A DNA stretch of 48,910 nt from Octopus bimaculoides (GCF_001194135.2 NC_068996.1:14450810-14499719); one strand, 5' to 3'. Positions 24,608 to 37,454 are shown, counted from the first letter of the stretch. Made by a program: numbers and translations. Notes: generated by a model not told the origin, from the sequence alone.

Positions 24608-25705
24608 TATATTTGTGTACGTGTGTGTGTATGCACAGGTTTTGCTTACTACAGGAAATAGCAGCCAAGATAGAAAGACACTAGGGGAGAAAGAGAGAGG
24701 GAGAGAGAGAGAGAGAGAGAGGGAGAGAAAGAGAGCGAGAGAAACTTGAAAGACTTGATCGCTAGAAAAATCATGGTAAATATGAGAAGACACAGGTTAT
24801 GAAACAAGGAGATATAGAATACAAATTCACAAAAGTTTTCTGAAGATTCTAAAAAATGGAAAGTTATAAGTGGTTATATGGCGTGTTTAAAGCAGAATTC
24901 GGCCAAAATATATAATGGTAAAGTGGAATAACTTGGTCACTGATGGTTGATCGATGACATGTGGCTAAGTAACAACAACGAGAGACATTTATATGCTGTA
25001 ATCCAAAGTACATCACCATTTTTAAATTAAGGGCTGGTCATGGAAGGAGTGCCCTTAATCATTGATCTGCGAGAATTATCTTGTACAAAGCACAATGAAG
25101 AAACAATAAGAATGAACAGATGCCTGAGATAATGTAATCGCAGAAAAACTATGGATAAATATTGACTTAAAACATAGACTTAACCCCCAGAACAAATTTA
25201 GTGATAGGATTTGGGTCATTCTTCATCTAAGAAAAATTAGTCACATTTGTAGTCCTTGGTAGATTACTACTTGAATGAAAAAGAAAAAGAAAAGAAGAAG
25301 CACTGGAGATTCACAGTTACGGTTAGTTTGATCAAATATTTGGTGAACCAGGTCTGACCTGGAATTAACCGCAATAACATAATATTTCACGCATTTATTA
25401 TTGTCCAGTCTCCTTTGTTGTCAATTCCACAATAGAGTGTGTATCTTTCACTTCCAAACTCCATTTAAATAAGATTCACAAGCATTGGTGAAACAAATGT
25501 GAAAATCATTTCAGTGTAGTCGTTTGTATGGTCCCCCTGTTACTGACAATAATAATCTTTGTCAATATTAAATCATCATCGTCATCATAATTATAAAGAT
25601 CTTTATTTCATACACAATGTATATATGTCTGTATTATCTAATATATTCCTTGTCTGATTTCTGGTAAATTCGACTGCTATTTCCAGGAATTAGACTGACT
25701 TTTTT

Positions 25706-26011
25706 GTGGTTCGTAAACTTTCTCCTCTTGTGGTAGAGGTGAATGCCATTGACACCCCGCGCAGGTAGAACTTACGCTTTTTTGCACCGTAATTTTTCCC
25801 ATGAGAACTTATAAAATAAACTGAATTTAGACTAAGGTTTTCTGAAGTAATTCATAACATGTTGACTTGTCATAACGAAATGTAGGTTACCTGGTGTATA
25901 TATGTTTTTTTTTCCTTTTTTTTTTTAAGATTTACCAAAACTACATGTCACAACAAATCAATTACTAAAAAAGTATCATTTCTCTTTGAAATGAAATTCA
26001 CCATTTTGCAG
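25706..26011 (+). repeat. Cassette unit copy 13 (single)
   Basis: gttcgtaaactttctcctcttgtggtagaggtgaatgccattgac...aggttacctggtg...aattcaccattttgcag. Confidence 0.9.
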
Positions 26012-26117
26012 CTTGTTTTCTTCTGAATAATTTTTCTGTTAATTTCATAGTAATATAAATCTTTTCTTCAAAAATATAAGCTATTTCTCTCTGAACACTA
26101 GACTTAGTTAAACATTG

Positions 26118-26326
26118 ATTTCAAATTATGGCACAAGGCCTGAAAGTTTGGGGGAGGGGTAAATCAATTACATCGACCCCAATGCTTAGCTGGTACTTAT
26201 TTTATCGACTCCGAAACGATGAAAAACAAAGTCGACCTCGGCGGAATTTTATCTCAAAATGTAAAGACGGATGAAATGCCGTTAGGCGTTTTTTCCGGCG
26301 TGTTAAAGATTCTGCCAGCCCGCCGC
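26118..26326 (-). mobile_element. Full-length SINE family B
   Basis: Reverse complement of the 12216-12426 type along its whole length. Confidence 0.85.
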
Positions 26327-28019
26327 AATGTTCAATCTTGAATCTGATGCTGGTGAGTTATCAATAAATGGACATTCTACGGCACCTAGACTTGGCTTAA
26401 AATAACGAAACCATAATAGGATCGTATCGAAACTTTTTAAGAATAAAGAATATAATGTCCAAAGACAGGAACCTTCGTTTGGAATGAAAGACAAAACAAT
26501 CACTCCTGGAACACCTTTGGTTATAAATCTGATGGATCTGCATTGACCTAGGTCTAAATAGCAGCAACAAGGAAGAAGATATTAGATAATATTGTAGCCC
26601 TTGATACACTATGACTGGCTGAAAGACAGGTTTCTCTTAGCACAACCGGATGGTCATATGATGAAGGTCTGCTGAAAGAGGGCTGTACAGACCAAAAATA
26701 ATACTAATATAAATAAAATATACATAAGGTAATGTAGTCCTAGATACACTACTTCTTAATATAAGCAATATTTTTTAAATCAGGAATAATAAAAGTAATA
26801 ACAAGGAGGGACACATTCCATAACGTAATACTAGATACACCATACATTAATAGAAGACATGCAACAAGGATGACTAAATGTACGCAGGTTCAAATAATAT
26901 CTACAACGACAAAGAAGTACACGTTATTGTATGTTGTCCAAGATATATTATTATTTGAATAAAAGAATGGAAATCCTATTTCTCTATAGGTATGAGATAT
27001 CAGAAGTGACAAGGTGTTAACTTAATTTTTTGTAGAGTTATCATTGTCCTACTTCATCAGTTATCAATCCACAATACTGTTTCTTTCACATTCGTCTTCT
27101 TATTAAGCCAGATAAACATTTTTATATAATCGGAGAAGGAAGTGTGAAAATAATCTCACTGCAATCATTTATCGAATTCACAGATATTGATAATAATAAT
27201 CCTTATCATTGCTATGATTACCATTATTCTGATTATTATCATTGTCTATATTTCATAATTTTTTTTCAGCACTATGAGCTTATATCTAGAATATCAGATT
27301 AATCTAGTAAAATAAGTTTCGGTTTTGGCTGAACTCAGTATTGTCACCGAAAGACTATCATAAATATTGATAGTAACAATAATATTTCGCAACATTAAGA
27401 TCATCGATATTATTTATTTTCAGAATTTTTATTTTATAAGATGACGCCGGCTTGTTAAAGCTGTCAAGCTAAGCTACTGGAAAAATTGGAAAATTCCAAT
27501 TAGATCAAGTTGAACTGAAATCTAATTGGTCTCTGGTTGAAATATATTACTGCCAGTATACCATAATTTAAAAAAATATTTTAATTCCATCAACCGTAAG
27601 GAATTTTTTGACGTTAAAAGATTAAGGCCAACTCACCTAATCGTTGAGTAAATATACCTTCATATCTACATCTGATTGTGCTTTGAAAAATACGGTCGTA
27701 AGATTCCAACTTGTATGAGCCAAACATTTCTATGCAATTTTGTAGATTGCAAAAGAGTATCAAATACAAGAATTTTTGGAATCTGAGGTTTGTTTACATT
27801 TTTCGATAGCAAATCACGTAGGTTAGATCATTGAAGTTGGGTAAGTACACAAAACGTGAAGAAATTTATTTCGTTTTAATCTGGCCAGTTTGAAGGTAAC
27901 AGAAACAAAAGTTTATTATTCTCTCTTTTTTCTGCCTTCCTCGATTCATGCTGATAATTTTTATATATTTTCATTATCACATGTCTAATGTCAGACTGAA
28001 TTTTTATCACCGTCTTTAA

Positions 28020-28450
28020 GTTGTGTCTTTATCTCTAGTTACACTTAAATTGATCTATTTCTCTATACCTCTTACTCTTTCTTCCCTTTCTATCTCTTTG
28101 TTACACCTCTTCATTTATATCTACATTGACCTCTCTTTGACATCCATTTCCACTATCTCTTCATTTCTATTTATATTGATTTATCCTTCTCTCTCCCTCA
28201 TCTCCACATTCTTTCACTCTCTGTCTCTGCATTTCTATTTGCATCGATCTCTCTTTCTCTCATATATTTTCACTCAGCTCTCTCTCCCCCTTTCTCTCTC
28301 TTATCTCTCTGTTTCTTCATCTCCACTTACGTTTCTCTATCTCTACTGCTCTTTCTACTTTTCGTGACTATCTCTACTACCGACCTCTCACTACCCTTTT
28401 ATCAGCTTATCTGTCTCTACTTCTTCTTACCCTCTCTTCCTCCCTATCTC
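28020..28450. repeat. CT-rich low-complexity tract
   Basis: Direct read. Confidence 0.85.
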
Positions 28451-28924
28451 AACAACATGGACCTTATCAAAGCTAATTCAGCAAAGACAGCACCACCTTT
28501 AAATTACAAGGAAACTGACAATTTGAGGAAATAAAAACAATGTGCCTTGCATGGATCTTAGCAGAACGATCACCACCAAACAAAGCTTCGGATGGTGTAG
28601 TTGAAGCAAGAGGTCTTTTGTCTATCTCCTTAACTTCTTGGAGATTTTAGGTATAATTATAATAATGCGTTCATCTTTTCTAATTTAATTTAATTCTATG
28701 TCTTTGTGTAGCTGAGGATCGCTCTGCATTTTAAATTGATGTAATGATTACATTGTTCAATTAAATGGAGTTGCATGAAACGATCTTACTGCATTACCTC
28801 TGGATATCCTTGCTGCATATTTTGATTTTAATCATCTTGCTTTGAAATTGTATGGATAAAACCGTACTAAATTGTGGTGCATAAACTTAAGTACCATATT
28901 CACTTGAATCTAAATTTTTGCTGA

Positions 28925-28965
<41 letters not shown>

Positions 28966-29879
28966 TATATACGTGTGCGTGCGTGTATGTGTCTCTGTGT
29001 TTGCTAGTGTCTGCTTTTCCTTTAGTTTTTGCTTACTTATGTACATCAACAGATGAGCCAATGAGGTACTCTCTGTGTGGTTGTTCAATTTGCTAGAAAT
29101 GACAGCCAAATCTACCTCATACTATGCTCGTGTCAGTATTAATGAAAGGGAAAATATTTACGCCTCTCCATCATTACGATTAAAATTGATATGTTTGATT
29201 TTGTTCTTCTCTATGAATTAATGTTTTTTTAATGCTTCTGTCCATTGGTTGATACAAGAATTTGGAAAATCCTCACCAAAACAGAGAAATCCTAACTTAC
29301 CAAAAATATGCAGAAAGAGAAACGAAAGGTTCTGTTTTCCAAAGCCAAAAGGTGTGCTTTTAGATGGAGTGTAATTTTATAATTCAAACAAGTCCAAAAT
29401 TTAAATTTCAGAATATAAGACTTACCACGTTATTTGGTGTATAACAGCAGTTCAAATGGGTACAAAACCTTAAAAAATGTGTGTGTGTGTGTGTGTGGTT
29501 GGATCTTTAATAGCCAGGGGGTCAATTTAAGTTCAATTGCAGAAAGGAATTCAAAACGGCAACACACGCAATCATATACATACAAACATAGCCATACATA
29601 CACACACGTACACATATACATACCTATCAGCCACTCCCAAAAGCCAGTTCGCTCCAAAATCCTGACCACCATTGTCTATATATTTGCACACAAACACACA
29701 CACACACACACACATACACACACACACACACACACACATTCAACATTTCGCTTTTATTCATTACTTTTTTCTTTTAATCGTCTGTCACAATTCATCTGTT
29801 TTTAGTTTTTGTTTTTGTTTTGGAGGTTTCACTTTAGTGACACAAGTCACACATGGTACCAGGAATTTGCTTGGTGTCA

Positions 29880-30165
29880 TCAAAGTAGAAAAAGTGTTTT
29901 TAAGAGAACTATTTAATAGCTTGCCAAAACATCTGAGTGACCTACATACTGTAGGGGGTTGATGTTTTCAAGAAGCAACTCGACCTCCTTCTGTTCAAGG
30001 TCCTACTTGAATCTACATCAAGGCAAAAAACTCAAAAGCGAGCAGCAATGCCGAACTCCCTCCTTCATCAAAAGCCAACCATAAATGAATGGCCATAGAA
30101 AAGGTGTTAATATTGGCGGTGCCCTAGCATGGTCACATCCTTTGAGCTGAAATACATAAAACCTA
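29880..30165 (+). mobile_element. 3' end of a CR1/L2-like LINE with 3' tail
   Basis: LFNSLPKHLSDLH / DVFKKQLDLLL...RAAMPNSLLHQ is a CR1/L2-type ORF2 terminus. Tail ggcggtgccctagcatggtcac...gctgaaat. Confidence 0.65.
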
Positions 30166-30276
30166 AAAAAAAATAAAGGATATATAGGTTTGTATTCTCT
30201 AATAGAGTATACTTTTTAAGACGGAAAGGTGTTATTTGAGTGAGATGTAAAGGCTGTTTCAAGGAAGTTGAATATC

Positions 30277-30852
30277 CACATTGTGTATCCGTAGACTTTC
30301 TCGTATTATGACATGGGTAAATGACATTGACACCTGCAAAACTGAAACTGCATGTCCCCCAACCTTAATATTTCCCATAAGAACTCTTTTCAGTAATAAA
30401 CTTAGTTTAGACTAAAGTAATTCATAATATGTTGCCTTGTCGTAACAGAATATAGGTTACCTGTTGCTTAGATATTATTTTGATAAGGTTTACTGAAGTT
30501 ACATGTCACAGCAAATCAATCAATATCAAAATGTATCTCTCTGGGAAATATGATTCATCATTTTACACTCGCGTAACCACATCGTGTGTTTGTAAACTTT
30601 CTCCTCTTATAATGCCATCGACAGCATGTACTGATGAAATTATTTTTTTCTCGTCGTAATTTTCCCACGAGAAATTAAGTAATAAACTGAGTTTAGACTA
30701 AAGTTTTTTTAAGTAATACTTAGCATGTTGACTTGTCATGACAAAATGTAGGTTACCTGGTGCTGATATGCTCTTTATTTAAGCTTTACCAAAGCTATAT
30801 GTCAAAACAAATCAATTACGAAGAATGTATCTCTCTGGAAAATAAAGATTCA
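30277..30852 (+). repeat. Cassette unit copies 14 and 15, dimer (junction near 30567)
   Basis: Diagnostic motifs occur twice in tandem. Confidence 0.9.
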
Positions 30853-31088
30853 ACATCAATTTTGTTAAATTTCATTGTGATACATATTTCCCCGTCAAAT
30901 ACTTATAGTATGAACTCCAGATAAAGTAAAATGAAGCTTCCACGCAAAAAGAATGCTTTTATCAATATAATAAGGAAATTCTACGAAAAATAAAACTAAT
31001 TTTGAATTTTGAATTATTACCTTCGAAGTAAATGTATTACTGTTTTATCAGCTTTCGATCTTCTGAGGTACTGCCCTAACCTACATAA

Positions 31089-31092
<4 letters not shown>

Positions 31093-31163
<71 letters not shown>
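31093..31163. repeat. (CA)n microsatellite into gap
   Basis: Direct read. Confidence 0.98.
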
Positions 31164-31905
31164 NNNNNNNNNNNNNNNNNNNNNNNNNNNNNNNNNNNNN
31201 NNNNNNNNNNNNNNNNNNNNNNNNNNNNNNNNNNNNNNNNNNNNNNNNNNNNNNNNNNNNNNNNNNNNNNNNNNNNNNNNNNNNNNNNNNNNNNNNNNNN
31301 NNNNNNNNNNNNNNNNNNNNNNNNNNNNNNNNNNNNNNNNNNNNNNNNNNNNNNNNNNNNNNNNNNNNNNNNNNNNNNNNNNNNNNNNNNNNNNNNNNNN
31401 NNNNNNNNNNNNNNNNNNNNNNNNNNNNNNNNNNNNNNNNNNNNNNNNNNNNNNNNNNNNNNNNNNNNNNNNNNNNNNNNNNNNNNNNNNNNNNNNNNNN
31501 NNNNNNNNNNNNNNNNNNNNNNNNNNNNNNNNNNNNNNNNNNNNNNNNNNNNNNNNNNNNNNNNNNNNNNNNNNNNNNNNNNNNNNNNNNNNNNNNNNNN
31601 NNNNNNNNNNNNNNNNNNNNNNNTTAATATATTAATTAATATCGATTAATTATCAGGGGGCCAGCACATTTAAAGAATCAAAGAGATTCAGAAATATTAT
31701 CTGCAATCTCAGGGGATTAAGGTACATTTTAAAAATAACGTCGACCACTAACGTGGACAATTAATGCGCTAGAAATAGATCACATCTTGTGTCTATTAAG
31801 ACCTAAAAAGTTCTCAATATGAAATATAGCAGCATACCAAAAACGTGAGCGGGCAAGACATTTAAAATCACCTAAAAAAATCATTATTAAACAGGAACCA
31901 GGTTT

Positions 31906-31974
31906 CGGATTTAACTGAACCCGGAACCATGTGGTTGGTAAGCAAGCTACTTACCACACAGCCACTCCTACGCC
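31906..31974 (-). mobile_element. SINE family A tRNA-like head
   Basis: actgaacccggaaccatgtggttggtaagcaagctacttaccacacagcca is the reverse complement of the family A head. Confidence 0.8.
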
Positions 31975-32054
31975 GATATGGTAGTGAAACAAAAACAAAA
32001 GCAAAATAAACAACACTGTGAGGGTTATTTTTAATATTGTATTCAGACATGCAT

Positions 32055-32275
32055 CACGAGGGGGTGCTGAAAAGTTACCGGATTTAAGGGTATCGTGAAA
32101 GGCCTGGCTGGAGGCCCAACCTTCCGAGTTCTCCTGCAGGGATTAGAAAAACTGAAGGACCGCTGCAATAAGTGTGTGAATCTGAGAGGGGAATACGTTG
32201 GATAAAATCATAATTAACTGATCCTTCTTTATTTTCTTTTACCAAAATCCAGGAACTTTTCTGCACCTACTCGTA
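32055..32275 (+). mobile_element. Internally deleted non-autonomous mariner element
   Basis: Imperfect TIRs cacgagggggtgctgaaaagtt...aacttttctgcacctactcgta. Internal GLEKLKDRCNKCVNLRGEYVG* is the mariner transposase C-terminus. Confidence 0.8.
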
Positions 32276-32934
32276 TGTCTCAATAAAAAGGTATAAAAAA
32301 AACAGATTGGTTCTCTGTTGTACATGAGCGTCACGGGTGGAAATTTGTTCGAACGATGACAACCCACAAGATCAATAATAGTGATAATACTATTACCTAG
32401 GGTTGGACGTCATCAGCAAGAAAAGGCACATTAGAATCTGTAGACTGAGATATATTCTATCTGATTAAAATTCAGGATGGTCACAGCCTTAGTATCTTTG
32501 ATCATAATTCTGCTGGACGAGGACGAATCTTTGAGTACACCAAATTTGAATAAAAGATAACATTGTCACAACGGGAGATGATTTTCGCCGTAAGTCTGAT
32601 TGATCGTTTAAAGAAATGATGAGGGTAATTACAGCTGGGACCGCTTTGATCATAGATCTGCTGGATCAGGACTGATAAGGCGCTAATCGACAAGAAGGAA
32701 GGACACATAGGATAATGTAGTCCCATTAGTTAATGTAGGTAATGTATATTTGAATAAAAGAGATGACCACATTTGGAACTATTCAGAACAAAAACAGACT
32801 AATCATGGTTGTTAGATCATGTGTGTTAGATCAGGGATGAACTACGGCTAAATAACAATAAAGAATAAACATTGGAAACGGCAGTACTAGACAGCTTGTG
32901 TGAAAACAAATGATAGTGCAGTCAGAGCTGGTAA

Positions 32935-33345
32935 GGTTAAGTATGGGGGCATGCGCCATTGCAGCATGTCACTACATCAACTATTTCTTAGTATTTTCTC
33001 GAGTCTTCTCGGACAACCCTCCGATAAGTGTCCCAGTCCCCACCTCTGTAAAATACTTCCTCATCCACCATGACCGTGAGGCAATTGGCCGATCACCATG
33101 AGCCGTCATCCCAGTCGGATTCTCAGATTAGAGAACATGATACGCAGGATCTAATCAGAAAATCGATCAACATGACCAAACCGTCTGAGCCGACGCTCCC
33201 GAATCATACAAATAAAATCCAACCAATGGTAACCTGTAAAACCAAGGGAGTTCAAGCAGCACTTAGACAGTGTTCAAGATTCACAACTATTGACCAAAAT
33301 AGGGAGGACCAGAGACTTAAAGACCATATGACTTTTATTCACTCC
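32935..33345 (-). mobile_element. RTE-clade LINE ORF C-terminal fragment, decayed
   Basis: Minus frame reads VFKSLVLPILVNSCES*TL...GYHWLDF...IRERRLRRFGHVDRF, an RTE post-RT motif set. Confidence 0.7.
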
Positions 33346-33840
33346 TGACCTGTGATTAATCTATACAAACTACAGCGAAATGCATATTCTGTATGTAGTT
33401 GAAGATATATTTGTGGCAGATTAAATGACTTGAAAGCCATGCTCAGCAAAATTTCATACAAGATCTCGTGGCTGATTGTATTGATGAAGTTTAATAAAAG
33501 CAACAGCAAAAAAGCAAAAAGAACATAATCTACACATCTATCATTATCCACTCATCTTGGTTATGAATTACGCAATACAATGTGTCTCTTTCACTTCCGT
33601 CTTCTTTTTATACCATATAAACAATATTACGCAATTAGAAAAGGAAATATGGAAGCATTCTCAATGAAATCTTGTATGGGGTTCACCAACATTCATAAGA
33701 ATAATCTTCCTCATCGTTATAGTTATCAGCATCATCTTTATTTTGTTGACATGATATCTAAGTTTGCATTTGTATTATGTTATATATTTTAAAGAACATA
33801 GCTGCTATTTGAGAAAAATTTCACAGCTATTTCTAAGAGG

Positions 33841-34187
33841 TCGAGTAACCACACAGCATGGGTATAAACTTATTCACATGTTAACCCCAAGCGTTCCTTC
33901 ATGGTTCATAAACTTTTTCATGTTGTAGTTAAGGTGAATACCAATGACGACTTACGCAGGTGAAACATCTTTTCTCACCGTAATATTTCCCATGAGAACT
34001 AACTTTAGTGATAAACTGGGTTTAGGCAAAGGTTTTTGAAATAAATCATAACCAAGTTGACTTGTCATAACAAAGTGTAGGTTACTTTGTGCCTATATCG
34101 GCTTTTGATAAGTTTTACCAAAGCTGCATGTCACAACAAATCAATTACTGAAATGTATTTCCCTGGGAATAAAATTACTCATTGCAG
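33841..34187 (+). repeat. Cassette unit copy 16, with a short duplicated 5' start (33841-33880)
   Basis: tcgagtaaccacac...taaact...catgtta precedes a full unit starting near 33903. Confidence 0.88.
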
Positions 34188-34289
34188 TGGCCTGTTTACT
34201 CATGAAAAAATTTTCTGAAACAGATTTCATAGTAAAATGTACAAGTTGAAGCTAAAAAAATTATGCACGCTTTCACCAAAAGTTTCTTT

Positions 34290-35570
34290 AGATTAACCGC
34301 ATTGCCTTCAGCGCAGGTATTAGGACTAATCCAGACCCCGAACAACATAACCGGTCCGTCCTGTTCAGCTTTGCACAGCGTTATTGGATAGCTTTGACCT
34401 GTCTCTCCAGGTGCCGAGTTTCAGGTTCATTGACTTTTTCGGTTATTTTTTGTTTTTGTCATCGCCTCGTATTCTTTTAGACTAGCGTCGATCAGGTCTA
34501 TGCGTTTGGTGTTCGACACAATGACGATGGCGTCGACTGCATATGCCTACACGGTTCTTTCACATCCTAGTGTTCCCGTGGGATGCACCTCAACGACTTC
34601 AGTTTTCGCAGTAGCTGTTTTCGAGTCAGTACATATAGAAGAGAGAGGAACGGGTAATACTGTATGGTTCCGATAGGCAACCATTCACCCAACCTATCGA
34701 GCAGATGTCACTGTACATTGCGGTAATTCTGTAGCAGAAGAGGGAACCGAAACCGACCATTGTGTAAACGGCTTCAAAATACTGGTGGTCGACCCAATCG
34801 AAGGATTTTGATTGATCCAAATTGATCAGCGCCCCATCCATTCTTTACCCACCTTTTCTATGATGTATCATATGAGGTGGAGGTTGTTGCGAATAGATCT
34901 ACTTGGGATGGCGCATGTTTTGTGCATCAGCAACCAGTCTCTCGACGACAAGCACCAAAACCATTACTATTATCTTGGACAAAATTTTGAAATTTGCCTT
35001 TAGTAGAAGAGATATGAGCAAAAGATAATTTGTTACCCCTTGTTTGGTCCCTTTCTCAGCATTGCCACCGTTCTTCGATTCACAAAATTGCTGCTAGGAG
35101 CGCTAGCTACTTACCAAGGAGCCTTCAAACAAGCCTGACATATAAAACTAGAAGTCGTAGGGCAGATCACCCAAACCCAGAAATTTGCCATTCCTATGCG
35201 ATTCCATCACACCTTCCCGTATTTTCACAGCTGTTATTGGCTTTTTGCAATACTCCGCTTCGTTTTCTGAGAGTCGCAACAAACATCCTGTGTTTCGGTC
35301 CGTCATTCTGATGAAATGTCAAACACATCTGGTTGAGCTCGAGTGGCATACGACCATTTTGGTCCACCAAAGAGTAAATTGTGGTTCTTTAGGGACCACG
35401 TTGAACCTTCACCAGCCGAGTCCATCGAACGGCTTTCATTCATTCGTGTCTTAAAGCACGCACCATAACTCTGAAAATTCAAACTTCGTGCTTCACGTTG
35501 AAGAATTGGTTGAGAGGGATTCTCACCGCGAACACGTTTGTTACAATGCCTTTTCTAATGATCACTTCTT
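34290..35570 (-). mobile_element. Tx1/L1-clade LINE reverse-transcriptase fragment, decayed
   Basis: LLKANFKILSKI; TCAIPSRSIRNNLHLI; GALINLDQSKSFDWVDHQY...VNGCLSEPYSITRS; catalytic YADD degenerated to AYAVD; DGPVMLFGVW. Confidence 0.8.
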
Positions 35571-35799
35571 TGTTTCTAATTTTCCCTCTTTACTATTTCA
35601 TATTCTTTCGGAATATTTTCTTTATAAACTGACATATGCCATATACATATATTCTTATGCATATACGTACAGATGTGTGTGCGCGTATATGTGTGTGTTT
35701 GTTTGTGTGTGTTTATGTGTGTGTGTATGTATGTATATGTGCACATATATGTATGTGTATAAAGACACACACATACACACACACACACACACACATTTT

Positions 35800-36138
35800 T
35801 TTATCTTTTATTTGTTTCAACCATTTGATTGCGGTCATGAAAGATTTTAGTCAAACGGATCGAGCTCCAGAACATATTTTTTAAAGCCTAGTACTTATTC
35901 TGTCATTCTCCTTTGCCGAACTGTTAAGTTGCAAGGAGTAAATACACCAGCACCAGTGGTGGGGGACAAACACAGACACAAACACTTAAATATACACATA
36001 TAGTATGTATACGACGGGCTTCTTTTAGTTTCCGTCTACCAAATCCTGCCACAAGGTTTTAGTCGGCCCGAGGGTATAATAAAAGACACTTGTTCAAGGG
36101 GCCACGTGGTGGGATTCAACTGTGGACCATGTGCTTAA
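35800..36138 (-). mobile_element. SINE family A, near full-length and diverged
   Basis: gggcttcttttagtttccgtctaccaaatcc...gtcggcccgagg is the reverse complement of the family A centre. Confidence 0.8.
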
Positions 36139-36369
36139 TACAGACAAAATAATTTATGAATCGAATTTACAAATTGTACTTGGCACTAGAAATGAGTAAC
36201 AATATCTAGGGACTGCCGTGATACTAACTGGATAACGTAATTTGTTCGGCTCTATTTTCAAAGCGTATTGAAAGAGACATTCACCCAAATTTATATCATC
36301 CCTATTTTCCTTCATAGTATATTGAACGCACACGTCCTATTTTGCAAGTAAGTCTACTATTATTCTGAC

Positions 36370-36641
36370 GTGACTATCTTTCTATCTATCTATCTATCTA
36401 TCTATCTGTCTATCTATCTATCTATCTTTCTATCTATTTATCTATCTGTCTTCCTCCATCTTTCTATCTATACCTCTGTCCTGGCCTCTACTTCACTGCT
36501 ATACCCTTCTGTCCCTTCCTCCTTGTTCCACTTCCTCCCTCCACCATCCTCTCTATCTATTTATCTATCTGTCTTCCTCTATCTTCCTATCTACCCTTCT
36601 GTCCTGGCCTCTACTTCACTGCTTCTGTCCCTTCCTCCTTG
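36370..36641. repeat. (TCTA)n plus an approximately 120-bp-period CT-rich tandem duplication
   Basis: ctgtcctggcctctacttcactgct occurs near 36476 and 36598. Confidence 0.85.
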
Positions 36642-37107
36642 NNNNNNNNNNNNNNNNNNNNNNNNNNNNNNNNNNNNNNNNNNNNNNNNNNNNNNNNNNN
36701 NNNNNNNNNNNNNNNNNNNNNNNNNNNNNNNNNNNNNNNNNNNNNNNNNNNNNNNNNNNNNNNNNNNNNNNNNNNNNNNNNNNNNNNNNNNNNNNNNNNN
36801 NNNNNNNNNNNNNNNNNNNNNNNNNNNNNNNNNNNNNNNNNNNNNNNNNNNNNNNNNNNNNNNNNNNNNNNNNNNNNNNNNNNNNNNNNNNNNNNNNNNN
36901 NNNNNNNNNNNNNNNNNNNNNNNNNNNNNNNNNNNNNNNNNNNNNNNNNNNNNNNNNNNNNNNNNNNNNNNNNNNNNNNNNNNNNNNNNNNNNNNNNGTT
37001 GTCTGTAGTTTATTGTTCTAACGTCCTGTACCCTGATATGCATGTATATACACATGTAGATGTAAGTATGTACATATATGTGTGTATACATGTATATATA
37101 TTCTTTG

Positions 37108-37136
<29 letters not shown>

Positions 37137-37143
<7 letters not shown>

Positions 37144-37356
37144 ATAATTAAAATTAGGGTTCAGCAAGAATTGCTTCACCACACACCGAAATTAGAAATA
37201 GCAGTCAAAACTACTATTTCACTACCAACATATATCTCCCAGACAGCAGCACCCGCAACTTAACACAGGCAAAAAAGTAGTTTTGACTGCTATTTCTAAT
37301 TTTCGGTGTGTGGTGAAGCAATACTTGTTGAACCCTAAATTTTTAATTATATTTAT
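37137..37356. mobile_element. Foldback MITE with ~78-bp near-perfect inverted arms and a ~60-bp spacer
   Basis: agggttcagcaagaattgcttcaccacacaccgaaattagaaatagcagtcaaaactact versus agtagttttgactgctatttctaattttcggtgtgtggtgaagcaatacttgttgaaccct. Confidence 0.85.
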
Positions 37357-37454
37357 ATTTACCGATAATGGTTTTTTAAAACACCGAACTATTTGGTAAA
37401 ATTACTTATTATTAATTAATTATTAATTTTTACCCTATATATATAGATATATAG

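Noticed and set aside
25850-25875. p53 response element in taacatgttgacttgtca
   Set aside because: The CWWG centres are 8 nt apart rather than 10, and the flanking RRR/YYY positions mismatch.
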